From positions 32,001 through 96,000 of the forward strand of contig JAXDQU010000106.1 in NCBI GenBank assembly GCA_034667685.1: 64,000 nt of DNA. The letters run 5' to 3'. Within the stretch, counting starts at the first letter, position 1, and every line of letters starts with the position of its first letter. Made by a program: the position numbers and the translations under genes. Below are positions 1 to 8,078 of the stretch, piece after piece. The notes beneath the pieces are model-generated. The model did not search any database. It was given only the letters and a program-made list of their open reading frames with translations, and was not told the origin of the DNA. The stretch comes from Thermoplasmata archaeon. Its GTDB lineage: Archaea > Thermoplasmatota > SW-10-69-26 > JACQPN01 > JAJPHT01.

Positions 1-889
1 CGGTGTTGAGCTGGTCGACGAGCTCCACGCACTCGTTGTAGTAGATCGTGCGGTTGTAGTCGTTGAGCGTGCGCTTGTCGACCGGGTCCTCGGTCTCCAG
101 CTCGTTGAAGCGGCACTTGATGCCCCAGACGTAGGCCCAGTGGGCGGTGCTGCTGGCGTCCTTGCCGAAGAGGTCGTAGGCGGTGGGGACCCAGTGGTTG
201 AAGTACTTCTGGAGCAGCGTCGTGGGGATCTTGCCCGCCTGGACGACGCGGCGCAGGCCCGTGTGGCCCGTGCCGAGGTGGAACGCCTCCTCCTTGAGCA
301 TCGGTCCCATGCTGCGCGCGAGCGGCGAGAAGGCGCTGCGGCTGAGCATCTTGAGCTGGTACTTGCCGTCGCGGTCGACGAACTCGGTGAAGACGAAGAA
401 GTCGAGCCAGTGGCGCACGGGCTCGTTGAACGAGCCGAGCAGGCGCTGGTTGTCCCAGCTGCGGCGCTCCAGGAGCTTCGCGGCCTCGGTCTTGCCCGTC
501 TCGCCGAAGTGGTTCACGAGCAGCGTCGCCATCTGCCAGCCGTGGCGCATCTCCTCCGAGTTGACGCGCACGAGGCTCTTCAGGTCGTAGTCGCTGGGCG
601 CGGTGTTGACGAGCGCGCGCTGCTGCTCGACGCTGGCGAACTCGGTGTCGCCCTGGTAGACGATCAGCGAGAGGAGCGCGTCCTTGACCTGCTGGTTGGG
701 GATCTGCGCGAAGGTCTGCCACTTGGGGCGGCCCTTGTAGTCGCCGAACTCGATGACGGGCGAGTCCTCCTCCGCGAACTTCGATTCGAACTGGAAGTCG
801 CCCAGCAGCGTGGTGTCGTAGCCGATGTCCTTCTGCCACTGGTGGAAGAGGTCGACCCAGTCGTCGAACGTGGACACGGACTTCGCCAT
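1..889 (-). CDS. BoxB-like ferritin-like diiron ring epoxidase subunit (PaaA/PaaC/BoxB family), 3' end outside window
   Basis: Manual translation from ATG 889: MAKSVSTFDDWVDLF...QGDTEFASVEQQR...VNSEEMRHGWQM...FTEFVDRDGKYQL...MLKEEAFH; two EExxH diiron motifs; absent from ORF track because it has no stop in the window. Confidence 0.8.
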   Translation of the reverse strand, partial: MAKSVSTFDDWVDLFHQWQKDIGYDTTLLGDFQFESKFAEEDSPVIEFGDYKGRPKWQTFAQIPNQQVKDALLSLIVYQGDTEFASVEQQRALVNTAPSDYDLKSLVRVNSEEMRHGWQMATLLVNHFGETGKTEAAKLLERRSWDNQRLLGSFNEPVRHWLDFFVFTEFVDRDGKYQLKMLSRSAFSPLARSMGPMLKEEAFHLGTGHTGLRRVVQAGKIPTTLLQKYFNHWVPTAYDLFGKDASSTAHWAYVWGIKCRFNELETEDPVDKRTLNDYNRTIYYNECVELVDQLNT

Positions 890-1066
890 GAGAATCCCTT
901 GCGCCGCGATTCCTTGGCCGAGGCTATAGGGGTTGCGGCCGCCCGGCCCGGAGTGTGTTGGTGGCAACACATTCATGGTCTGGCGTCTCGTGCGCACGAA
1001 CGCTGCGCGGCCGCTCCCGAGGCGCCCGTGGGACCAGCCCGCCGCAGGCGCCGGACGCGAGAACCC

Positions 1067-1294
1067 ATGCCATCCCGCACGCTGAACGTCACGCAGGAAG
1101 CCTACGACCTGTTATCAGCCCTGAAGGGCCCGAACGAGAGCTTCACCGACGTCATCAAGCGCCTCGCGGGCGAGCGCTCGCTCCTCGACGTCGTGGGCGC
1201 GCTGGACGAGGCGCAGGCCGCGAAGCTGGAGGCGCGCGTGGAGTCGGCCCGCGAGCGCGCGCGAAAGCGGCGGCAGAAGCAGCTGAGGGTGTGA
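1067..1294 (+). CDS. vapB: Antitoxin, archaeal VapB family
   Basis: MPSRTLNVTQEAYDLLSALKGPNESFTDVIKRL; lies 4 bp before a PIN gene. Confidence 0.85.
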   Translation: MPSRTLNVTQEAYDLLSALKGPNESFTDVIKRLAGERSLLDVVGALDEAQAAKLEARVESARERARKRRQKQLRV

Positions 1295-1298
1295 GACG

Positions 1299-1694
1299 AT
1301 GGCGCTGGCCGACACGCTCTTCCTGCTGGATCTCATGCGCGGGCGCGAGCGCGCCGTCGCGATGCTCGAGGCGCTGGAGGACGAGGGCGAGGCCATCCTG
1401 CTCGCGGCGCCCACGCTCGCCGAGTTCCACCGCGGCCTGGGCACGCTGGCGCTTCCCGCCGCGCAGCAGCGGCGGCTCGTCGAGGCGGTCCACGGCCGCG
1501 TCGTCCTGCCGCTGGACGCGGCGGCGGCGCGGCGCGCGGGCGAGGTGGACGCGCAGCTCTGGGCGCGCGGCGAGGCGATCGACCCCGAGGACGCGGCGCT
1601 GGCCGGCATCGCGCTGACGCGGGACCAGGTGCTCGTGACGCGCAAGGCGCGCGAGCTGGGCCGCGTCCCGGGGCTGAGGCTGCGGACCTACTAG
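1299..1694 (+). CDS. vapC: PIN-domain toxin, VapC family
   Basis: ADTLFLLDL...TLAEF...DAALAGIAL...VLVTR PIN pattern, 131 aa. Confidence 0.85.
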   Translation: MALADTLFLLDLMRGRERAVAMLEALEDEGEAILLAAPTLAEFHRGLGTLALPAAQQRRLVEAVHGRVVLPLDAAAARRAGEVDAQLWARGEAIDPEDAALAGIALTRDQVLVTRKARELGRVPGLRLRTY

Positions 1695-1738
1695 CTTCCG
1701 GCCACAAGCGGCATGGCGCCTCGCGCCGACCGCGCCGC

Positions 1739-2707
1739 GTGCCGCGCGTCCGCCCGTTGGACCTGCTCAAGCGCGCCCTGAAGGAGTGGGGCGAGGACAA
1801 GGCGCCCAAGCAGGCGGCCGCGCTCGCCTACTACAGCGTGTTCGCCCTGGGGCCCTTGCTGCTCGTGTGCGTGCTCGTCGCCGCGCTGGCGGTGGGCCGG
1901 GAGGCCGCGCAGCAGGCGATCCTCGCGCCCTTCGCCCGCCTCACGGGGGACGCGGGCGCGCAGGCGGCGGGCGACATCCTGCACGGCGCCGGTCCGCGCG
2001 GGTCGAGCCTCGTGGGCATCGCGACGGGGGCGGTCGCGCTCGTGCTGGGCGCGATGGGCGTCTTCACGCAGCTCAAGGAGGCCTTGAACACCGTCTTCGA
2101 GGTCGCGCGCAAGCCGCGACGCGGGCTGCGCGCCAAGATCCGCGGCGCCGTGCGCGACGACGCGCTCTCGTTCGCGGGCGTGATGACGGGCGCCTTCCTG
2201 CTCGCGGTGACGCTCGTGGTCTCCGCCGGCATCGCGGCCCTCGCCGGGTGGATCGACGCGCTCCTGCCCGGAGGCGCCGCGCTGGGGATCGCGCTGGAGG
2301 CCGTGCTCGCGCTCATCGTGCTCACGCTGCTCTTCGCGGCGCTCTTCAAGCTCGTCCCCGACGTGAGGATCGCCTGGCGCGACTCCTTCGTGGGCGGCGC
2401 CGCGACCGCCATCCTCTTCGTCGCGGGCCAGGCGCTCATCGGCGTCTACCTGGGCCGGAGCGGCTTCGCGGCGCGCTACGGGGGCGCCGGCGCCGCGCTG
2501 CTGATCCTGCTCTGGATCTACTACTCCTCGCTCATCCTCGTCTTCGGCGCGGAGCTCACCCAGGTGTACGCGAACCTCTACGGCCGGCGCGTCAAGCCCG
2601 CGCCCAACGCCCGCTCGCTCCAGGAGCAGGTGCTCGACGAGCACCGCGGGCCGGATCGCGAAGGCACCGAGGGACGGCCGGTGAGCCGCAGGCGCCCCGC
2701 TACTTGA
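1739..2707 (+). CDS. YihY/virulence factor BrkB family membrane protein
   Basis: AAALAYYSVFALGP, LKEALNTVF, YGGAGAALLILLWIYYSSLILVFGAE. Confidence 0.9.
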   Translation: MPRVRPLDLLKRALKEWGEDKAPKQAAALAYYSVFALGPLLLVCVLVAALAVGREAAQQAILAPFARLTGDAGAQAAGDILHGAGPRGSSLVGIATGAVALVLGAMGVFTQLKEALNTVFEVARKPRRGLRAKIRGAVRDDALSFAGVMTGAFLLAVTLVVSAGIAALAGWIDALLPGGAALGIALEAVLALIVLTLLFAALFKLVPDVRIAWRDSFVGGAATAILFVAGQALIGVYLGRSGFAARYGGAGAALLILLWIYYSSLILVFGAELTQVYANLYGRRVKPAPNARSLQEQVLDEHRGPDREGTEGRPVSRRRPAT

Positions 2708-3248
2708 TCAGCGCCTGCACGGCCTTGAACTGCGGATGCTCCTTGCCGCCCATGAGCTCGAAGAGCGCCATCTCGACGTTGCTCGGCTCCGCGCCGTGGC
2801 GGCGGGCGCGCGCGAGGCCGCTCTCGCGGTTGGCCGGGTCGCGCGACCCTACGGCGTCCTCGACCACGTGGACGGCGTAGCCCGCTTCGAGAAGGTCGAG
2901 CGTCGTCTGGAGGACGCAGATGTGCGCCTCGATGCCCGCGACGAGGACGTTGGGCCTCCCCGCGGCGCGGATGCGCGCCGCGATGCTCGGGTCGCCCGCG
3001 CACGAGAAGCTCGTCTTCTCCAGCACGCCGCCGGCCGCGTCCACCGCCGCGCGAAGCTCGGGGATCGTGTGGCCCAACCCCTTCGGGTACTGCTCGGTGA
3101 CCATGACCGGCACGCCCAGGAGACGCGCCCCCTCCGCGAGCGCGGCCGCCTTCTGACGCAGCGCCGCGTCGCCGTGGATCAGCGGCTGAAGGCGCTCCTG
3201 CATGTCGACGAGAAGCAGCAGCGTGTCGTCCGGATGGAGGCGGGACAT
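2700..3248 (-). CDS. Isochorismatase-family cysteine hydrolase
   Basis: LLLVDMQERL, TEQYPKGLGHT, EKTSFSC, GIEAHICVLQT; start trimmed to ATG 3248. Confidence 0.9.
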   Translation of the reverse strand: MSRLHPDDTLLLLVDMQERLQPLIHGDAALRQKAAALAEGARLLGVPVMVTEQYPKGLGHTIPELRAAVDAAGGVLEKTSFSCAGDPSIAARIRAAGRPNVLVAGIEAHICVLQTTLDLLEAGYAVHVVEDAVGSRDPANRESGLARARRHGAEPSNVEMALFELMGGKEHPQFKAVQALIK

Positions 3249-3305
3249 GGGTGCGGCAGGTCGTCCGCGCGGCATCATGGTTTGTCCTCGCGGCTCGGCC
3301 GGCTC

Positions 3306-3496
3306 CGCATGCGACGCGGCGACGGACGCGACGCGCGCGACGGCGGGCTTCGGTCGTCCATGCTGACCTCGGTGTGAACCCGACGGCCCGATGACCAGAC
3401 TTTCACCCCGGGTTCTCGGGTTCGCGGGTCCTCGGGTTCCGCCAAGGTCACCAGCCCCGCGTCGCGCGCGTCGCGCCCGTCGCCGCGTCGCATGCG
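3306..3496. repeat. Long inverted-repeat element (44-bp arms, MITE/REP-like or structured RNA)
   Basis: Arms 3306-3349 and 3453-3496 match at 41 of 44 positions; interior has four CGGGT(T/C)C(T/G/C) octamers at 3409-3440. Confidence 0.75.
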
Positions 3497-3546
3497 CAGC
3501 TGCGAAGCGTCGGCGCGGACCCGCCCCGACGAACAGCTTAAGGGAC

Positions 3547-5580
3547 ATGCGCATCGTGCCCGCTCTCGTGAAGGCAGGCGCCCAGCACGAGGAGCCCTGG
3601 ACGGTCGAGCGCGCGTTGCAGTTCTACAACGTCGAGGGGTGGGGCGCGTCGTTCTTCACCATCAACCCCAACGGGAACCTCTGCGTGACGCCCTACGGCC
3701 AGCCGGGGCCCGTCATCGAGATCATGGACGTGATCGAGGACGCGCAGGAGAAGGGGCTCGGCTTCCCGCTGGTCATCCGCTTCAACGACATCCTGCGCAC
3801 GCGCGTCGTGAAGCTCAACGACAAGTTCCGCGACGCCATCGCGTCGAACGGCTACAAGGGCGGCTACTTCGGCGTCTATCCCGTGAAGGTCAACCAGCTC
3901 CGCGAGGTCGTCGAGGAGATCCTGGACGCGGGCGCGCCCTACCACCACGGGCTGGAGGCGGGCAGCAAGCCCGAGCTCTTCGTCGCGCTCGCGCTGAACA
4001 CCGATCCCGACGCGCTCACCATCTGCAACGGCTACAAGGACGAGGACTACATGCGCCTCGCGCTCTCGGGCCGCAAGCTGGGCCGCAAGGTCATCGTCGT
4101 CATCGAGAAGCTCAGCGAGCTTCCGCTCCTGCTGCGCGTGGCGGCCGAGATGGGCGTCGAGCCGCTCATCGGCCTGCGCGCGAAGCTCACCACGAAGGGC
4201 GTGGGCAAGTGGGAGAAGAGCAGCGGCGACTTCGCCAAGTTCGGCCTCACCATCCCCGAGCTGATCGAGGCCGTCCGTCTCCTGAAGGAGGCGAACAAGC
4301 AGGACGCGTTGAAGCTGTTCCACTTCCACGTGGGCTCCCAGCTCACCGACATCCGCACCATCAAGGACGCCGTGAAGGAAGGCGCGCGCATCTACGCCAA
4401 GCTGCGCAAGATGGGGATGCCCGTCGAGTTCTTCGACATCGGCGGCGGCCTCGCCGTGGACTACATGGGGAGCCGCAACACCGACAACAGCAGCACCAAC
4501 TACACGCTCGACGAGTACTGCGGCGACGTCGTGTACAACGTGCAGCAGATCTGCGAGAGCGAGGAGGTCCCCGTCCCCAACCTCGTCTCGGAGAGCGGCC
4601 GCGCGCTCACGGCCTACCACTCCTGCATCATCATGAACGTCTTCGGCAACATCGAGATCGGCTCGCCCAAGGTGGCCATCCCGACCAACGCCGAGGAGTT
4701 CGGCGTCGAGATCGTCAAGCAGATGCGCGAGATCGTCGATGGCGTCACGCCCAAGAGCGCGCTGGAAAGCTATCACGACGCCACCGCCAAGAAGGACGAG
4801 GCGCTCGACGCCTTCCGCCTGGGCCTCATCGGGCTGGAGGAGCGCGCCGCCGTCGAGGCGATGTTCTGGGAATTGATGAAGAAGCTCGTCCCGCTCACCA
4901 AGAAGATGCGCCGCGTCCCCGAGGACCTCCAGGACATCGAGACGAAGCTCGCCGACCAGTATCTCGCGAACTTCTCGCTCTTCCAGAGCGCCCTCGACCA
5001 CTGGGCCTTCGACCAGCTCTTCCCCGTCATGCCCGTGCACCGCCTCGACGAGGCGCCCACGCACGAAGCCACGCTCGTGGACATCACGTGCGACTCCGAC
5101 GGCAAGATCGACGAGTTCGTCGGCCCCGAATCCAGCGCGCCCACCGTGAAGCTCCATGATATCAGAGGCAACGAGCCCTACTTCATCGGCATGTTCCTCA
5201 CCGGCGCCTACCAGGACATCATGGGCGACATGCACAACCTCTTCGGACGCACCAACGAAGTCCACGTCTTCGTCGACGACGAGGACCCCGAGGACTTCTA
5301 CCTCGAGACCGTCATCCCCGGCGACATCATCAGCGACGTCCTCGCCCGCGTCCAGTACGAGCCGCGCGAGATGCTCCGTCGGGTCAAGACCGCGATCGAC
5401 GCGCGCGTCAAGGACCCGCAGTTCCCGCTGAAGCCCAAGGACGGCGTCGCCATCATGGACTTCCTGGAGCAGACGCTGCGCAGCTACACGTACCTCCTGC
5501 CCATGAGCGCGGACGGCAGCGAGCGCATCACGCCCGCCGCGGTCAAGGCGCTCGAGGCGCCCAAGACCGAGCGCGCATGA
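3547..5580 (+). CDS. speA: Biosynthetic PLP-dependent arginine decarboxylase
   Basis: VYPVKVNQ, GLEAGSKPEL, CNGYKD, HFHVGSQ, DIGGGLAVDY, SESGRA, DITCDSDG, GAYQDIMGDMHNLFG. Confidence 0.95.
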   Translation: MRIVPALVKAGAQHEEPWTVERALQFYNVEGWGASFFTINPNGNLCVTPYGQPGPVIEIMDVIEDAQEKGLGFPLVIRFNDILRTRVVKLNDKFRDAIASNGYKGGYFGVYPVKVNQLREVVEEILDAGAPYHHGLEAGSKPELFVALALNTDPDALTICNGYKDEDYMRLALSGRKLGRKVIVVIEKLSELPLLLRVAAEMGVEPLIGLRAKLTTKGVGKWEKSSGDFAKFGLTIPELIEAVRLLKEANKQDALKLFHFHVGSQLTDIRTIKDAVKEGARIYAKLRKMGMPVEFFDIGGGLAVDYMGSRNTDNSSTNYTLDEYCGDVVYNVQQICESEEVPVPNLVSESGRALTAYHSCIIMNVFGNIEIGSPKVAIPTNAEEFGVEIVKQMREIVDGVTPKSALESYHDATAKKDEALDAFRLGLIGLEERAAVEAMFWELMKKLVPLTKKMRRVPEDLQDIETKLADQYLANFSLFQSALDHWAFDQLFPVMPVHRLDEAPTHEATLVDITCDSDGKIDEFVGPESSAPTVKLHDIRGNEPYFIGMFLTGAYQDIMGDMHNLFGRTNEVHVFVDDEDPEDFYLETVIPGDIISDVLARVQYEPREMLRRVKTAIDARVKDPQFPLKPKDGVAIMDFLEQTLRSYTYLLPMSADGSERITPAAVKALEAPKTERA

Positions 5581-6557
5581 TCCGGGAGCGCCTCGCCCGC
5601 GAAGCGCCCATCCGCGTGCGCGACGCGATGAAGATGTGTCTAGACGCCTACTAGGGCGGCGGCCGCCCCATTGGGGCGGCCGGAGATTTCTACACCGCCG
5701 CCAACGCCTCGCTCTTCAGCCACGCGATGGCGCGCTTCGCCCACGCGGCCGCGGAGCGCCTCGAAGGCGCGCGCATCGTCGAGCTGGGCGGCGGCACCGG
5801 CATCCTCGCCGCCACGCTGGACGCGCCCGTCACGATCGTCGAGCCCCATGCCGGCATGGCCGCGCAGCAGAAGGCGCGCGGGCTCCACGTCGTCGCCTCG
5901 CTGGACGACCTGCGCCCGGCCCCCACCATTTTCCTCGCCAACGAGGTGCTCGACGCGCTCCCCGTGCACCGCCTGCTCGGGACGGCCGAGGGCGTGCGCG
6001 AAGGCTACCTCGACGCGGACCTGCGCGAGGTGCCGGGCCCCCTCTCGCCCGAGCTGGCCGAGGCCGCCAAGCGCCTCGAGCATCTGCTTCCGGAAGGCGC
6101 GGCGGCGGAGGTGTGCCTCGACGCGCAGCCGCTCCTCGCGCAGATGGCCCGCGCCGCGCCGCGCGGCTACGCGCTCTTCCTCGACTACGGCGACGCGCCC
6201 GAGAAGCTCAACCCGGCCGGCACGCTGCGCGGCTTCCGTGAGCACCGCGTCGTCCCCCCCTTCGAGGCGCCCGGCGAGCATGATATCACGGCCGACGTCG
6301 ACTTTCCGTGGATCGCCACGCTCGCGCAGCGCGAAGGGTGGCGCCAGCACGCGACCACGCGCCAGCGCGACCTCCTCGCCGACCTCGGCCTCGTGGAGGA
6401 CATGATGGGCGCGATGTCGCGCGGCGACCACGCGGCCTACCTCGCGGGCAAGAACCTGCTCGTCGGCATGGGCGAGCGCTTCGGCGCGCTGCTCCTCGCC
6501 CGCGACGCGCCGCTCGATCCTCCGCTGCCCGGCTTCCGCGCGAGGGGCCTGCGATGA
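5577..6557 (+). pseudogene. MidA/NDUFAF7-family SAM methyltransferase with in-frame TAG at 5652-5654 (pseudogene, read-through or sequence error)
   Basis: ATG overlaps the speA stop (ATGA): MIRERLAREAPIRVRDAMKMCLDAY*GGGRPIGAAGDFYTA...VELGGGTG...ANEVLDALP...FLDYG...DITADVDF. Confidence 0.7.
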
Positions 6558-7558
6558 GCGCCGAGGCCGCGATCCGCGCGCGCATCGCCGCGGAGGGCCC
6601 GATCCCGTTCCACGACTTCATGGCGCTCGCCCTCGCGGAATACTACGGGCGCGGTCCCGCCATCGGCCCCGGCGGCGACTTCAGCACGAGCGTGCGCTTC
6701 CCCGCGTTCCGCCGCGCGATGGCCCGGCTCGTCGCGCACGCGCGCCAGGCCGTGCCGGACCTGCGCGTGGTCGAGCTGGGCGCCGGCACGGGGCAGCTCG
6801 CGCGCAGCATCCTCGCCGAGCACCCGGGCCTCGACTACGTCACCGTCGACCCCAGCGAAGCGCTGCGCGAGCGCCAGCGCGAGGCCGGCGCGCGGCCGGT
6901 CGCCTCGCCCGGGATGCTATCACCCGCGCCCTCGCTCGTCTTCGGGAACGAGGTGCTCGACGCGCTCCCCGTGCGCCGCGTGGTGGGCGCGCCCGATGGC
7001 GGCCTGCTGGAGATCGGCGTCGACGTGAAGGAGGGACGCTTCCGCGAGCGGCTGATCCCCATGCGCGACGCGCGCGTCGAGGCGCGCCTGAAGGCCGAGG
7101 GCGTCTGGCCCGCGCGGGGGCAGGTGTTCGACGTCGCGCCCATGCTGGAGGACGTCGTCCGCGCCGCCGCGCGCCTCGTCGATCCCGGCTTCCTCGTCTT
7201 CGTCGACTACGGCGACCCCGCGCCCGCGCTCTACGGCCCGCAACGGCTGCACGGCACGCTCGCGGCGTACAAGGCGGGCGGGCGCTTCCAGGAGCCGCTC
7301 GATGAGCCGGGCCGCCGCGACCTCACCGCCGACGTCGATTTCACCGCGGTCGAGCGCGCCGCGACGGAGGCGGGCCTGGAGCCGCTCGGCCTCGTCACGC
7401 AGGGCGCGTTCCTCGAAGCGCTGGGCATCGGCGACCTGGGCCTCCCCGACGAGGTGCGCGACGTCGCGGGCATGGCCGGCCTGGGCAGCGCGTTCCACGT
7501 CGCCGCGTTCCGGCGCGGGACGAGCGCCACGCTTCCCGGCTACGCGCCTTCGCGCTGA
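6554..7558 (+). CDS. MidA/NDUFAF7-family SAM-dependent methyltransferase
   Basis: GPIPFHDFMALAL..YY...GDFSTS, VELGAGTG, NEVLDALP, VDYG, DLTADVDF; ATGA overlap with upstream paralog. Confidence 0.9.
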   Translation: MSAEAAIRARIAAEGPIPFHDFMALALAEYYGRGPAIGPGGDFSTSVRFPAFRRAMARLVAHARQAVPDLRVVELGAGTGQLARSILAEHPGLDYVTVDPSEALRERQREAGARPVASPGMLSPAPSLVFGNEVLDALPVRRVVGAPDGGLLEIGVDVKEGRFRERLIPMRDARVEARLKAEGVWPARGQVFDVAPMLEDVVRAAARLVDPGFLVFVDYGDPAPALYGPQRLHGTLAAYKAGGRFQEPLDEPGRRDLTADVDFTAVERAATEAGLEPLGLVTQGAFLEALGIGDLGLPDEVRDVAGMAGLGSAFHVAAFRRGTSATLPGYAPSR

Positions 7559-7989
7559 GCGTCCCGAAGCTCCTCGGCGGCCTTGTGCAGCCTCGCGCGG
7601 CGCTCCAGCAGCGTCTCGACGTGCGCGCGCTGCTGCTCCGCGAGGTAGGAGGTCTCGTGCGCGGCCTCGACGCGCGGCGTGCCGGTCCCCTCGCGGCGCT
7701 CTGCCGCGATCTCGGCGTTGTGAACGTGCTCCGCGGCGCGGTTCGCGATCCGGCGCAGGCGCTCCGCGTCCGGGGGCGCGTCGCGATCCTCCAGCGCGCG
7801 CTGGGCCCGGTCCGTCAGGCGCCGCATCGCCTCCACCGCGAGGATGCGCCGCGACTCGGGCGCTCCCTCGGTCGTCGCCAGCAGGTCCATGAGCAGCGCG
7901 TCGTCCAGCGCCCGCGCCGCCTCGACGAGGGTCGCCGCGCGGCGCCGCGCCTCCTCCCAGCGGGGCCACGGGTCGTTGCGGATCGGCAT
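7540..7989 (-). CDS. Hypothetical helical protein
   Basis: 149-aa ORF with GC3-rich codons and a charged helical composition. Confidence 0.55.
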   Translation of the reverse strand: MPIRNDPWPRWEEARRRAATLVEAARALDDALLMDLLATTEGAPESRRILAVEAMRRLTDRAQRALEDRDAPPDAERLRRIANRAAEHVHNAEIAAERREGTGTPRVEAAHETSYLAEQQRAHVETLLERRARLHKAAEELRDAQREGA

Positions 7990-8078
7990 GCGTCCGGCTC
8001 GCCCTGCGAGGGAATGCCGGCTCTGGCCCGATCCTCGCTCAGAAGCGCTTATCCCGAATCGGCCCCGTCGCGCCGCGC

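Noticed and set aside
140-1294. 384-aa plus-strand ORF
   Set aside because: Antisense shadow of the BoxB-like gene; only 1067-1294 (VapB) is credible
3306-3496. SRP RNA or RNase P RNA identity for the inverted-repeat element
   Set aside because: No SRP helix-8 motif or RNase P conserved regions recognised on either strand
5652-5654. Genome-wide reassignment of TAG
   Set aside because: Many well-supported genes here (vapC, hutH, isochorismatase, DUF424) end at TAG at the expected length
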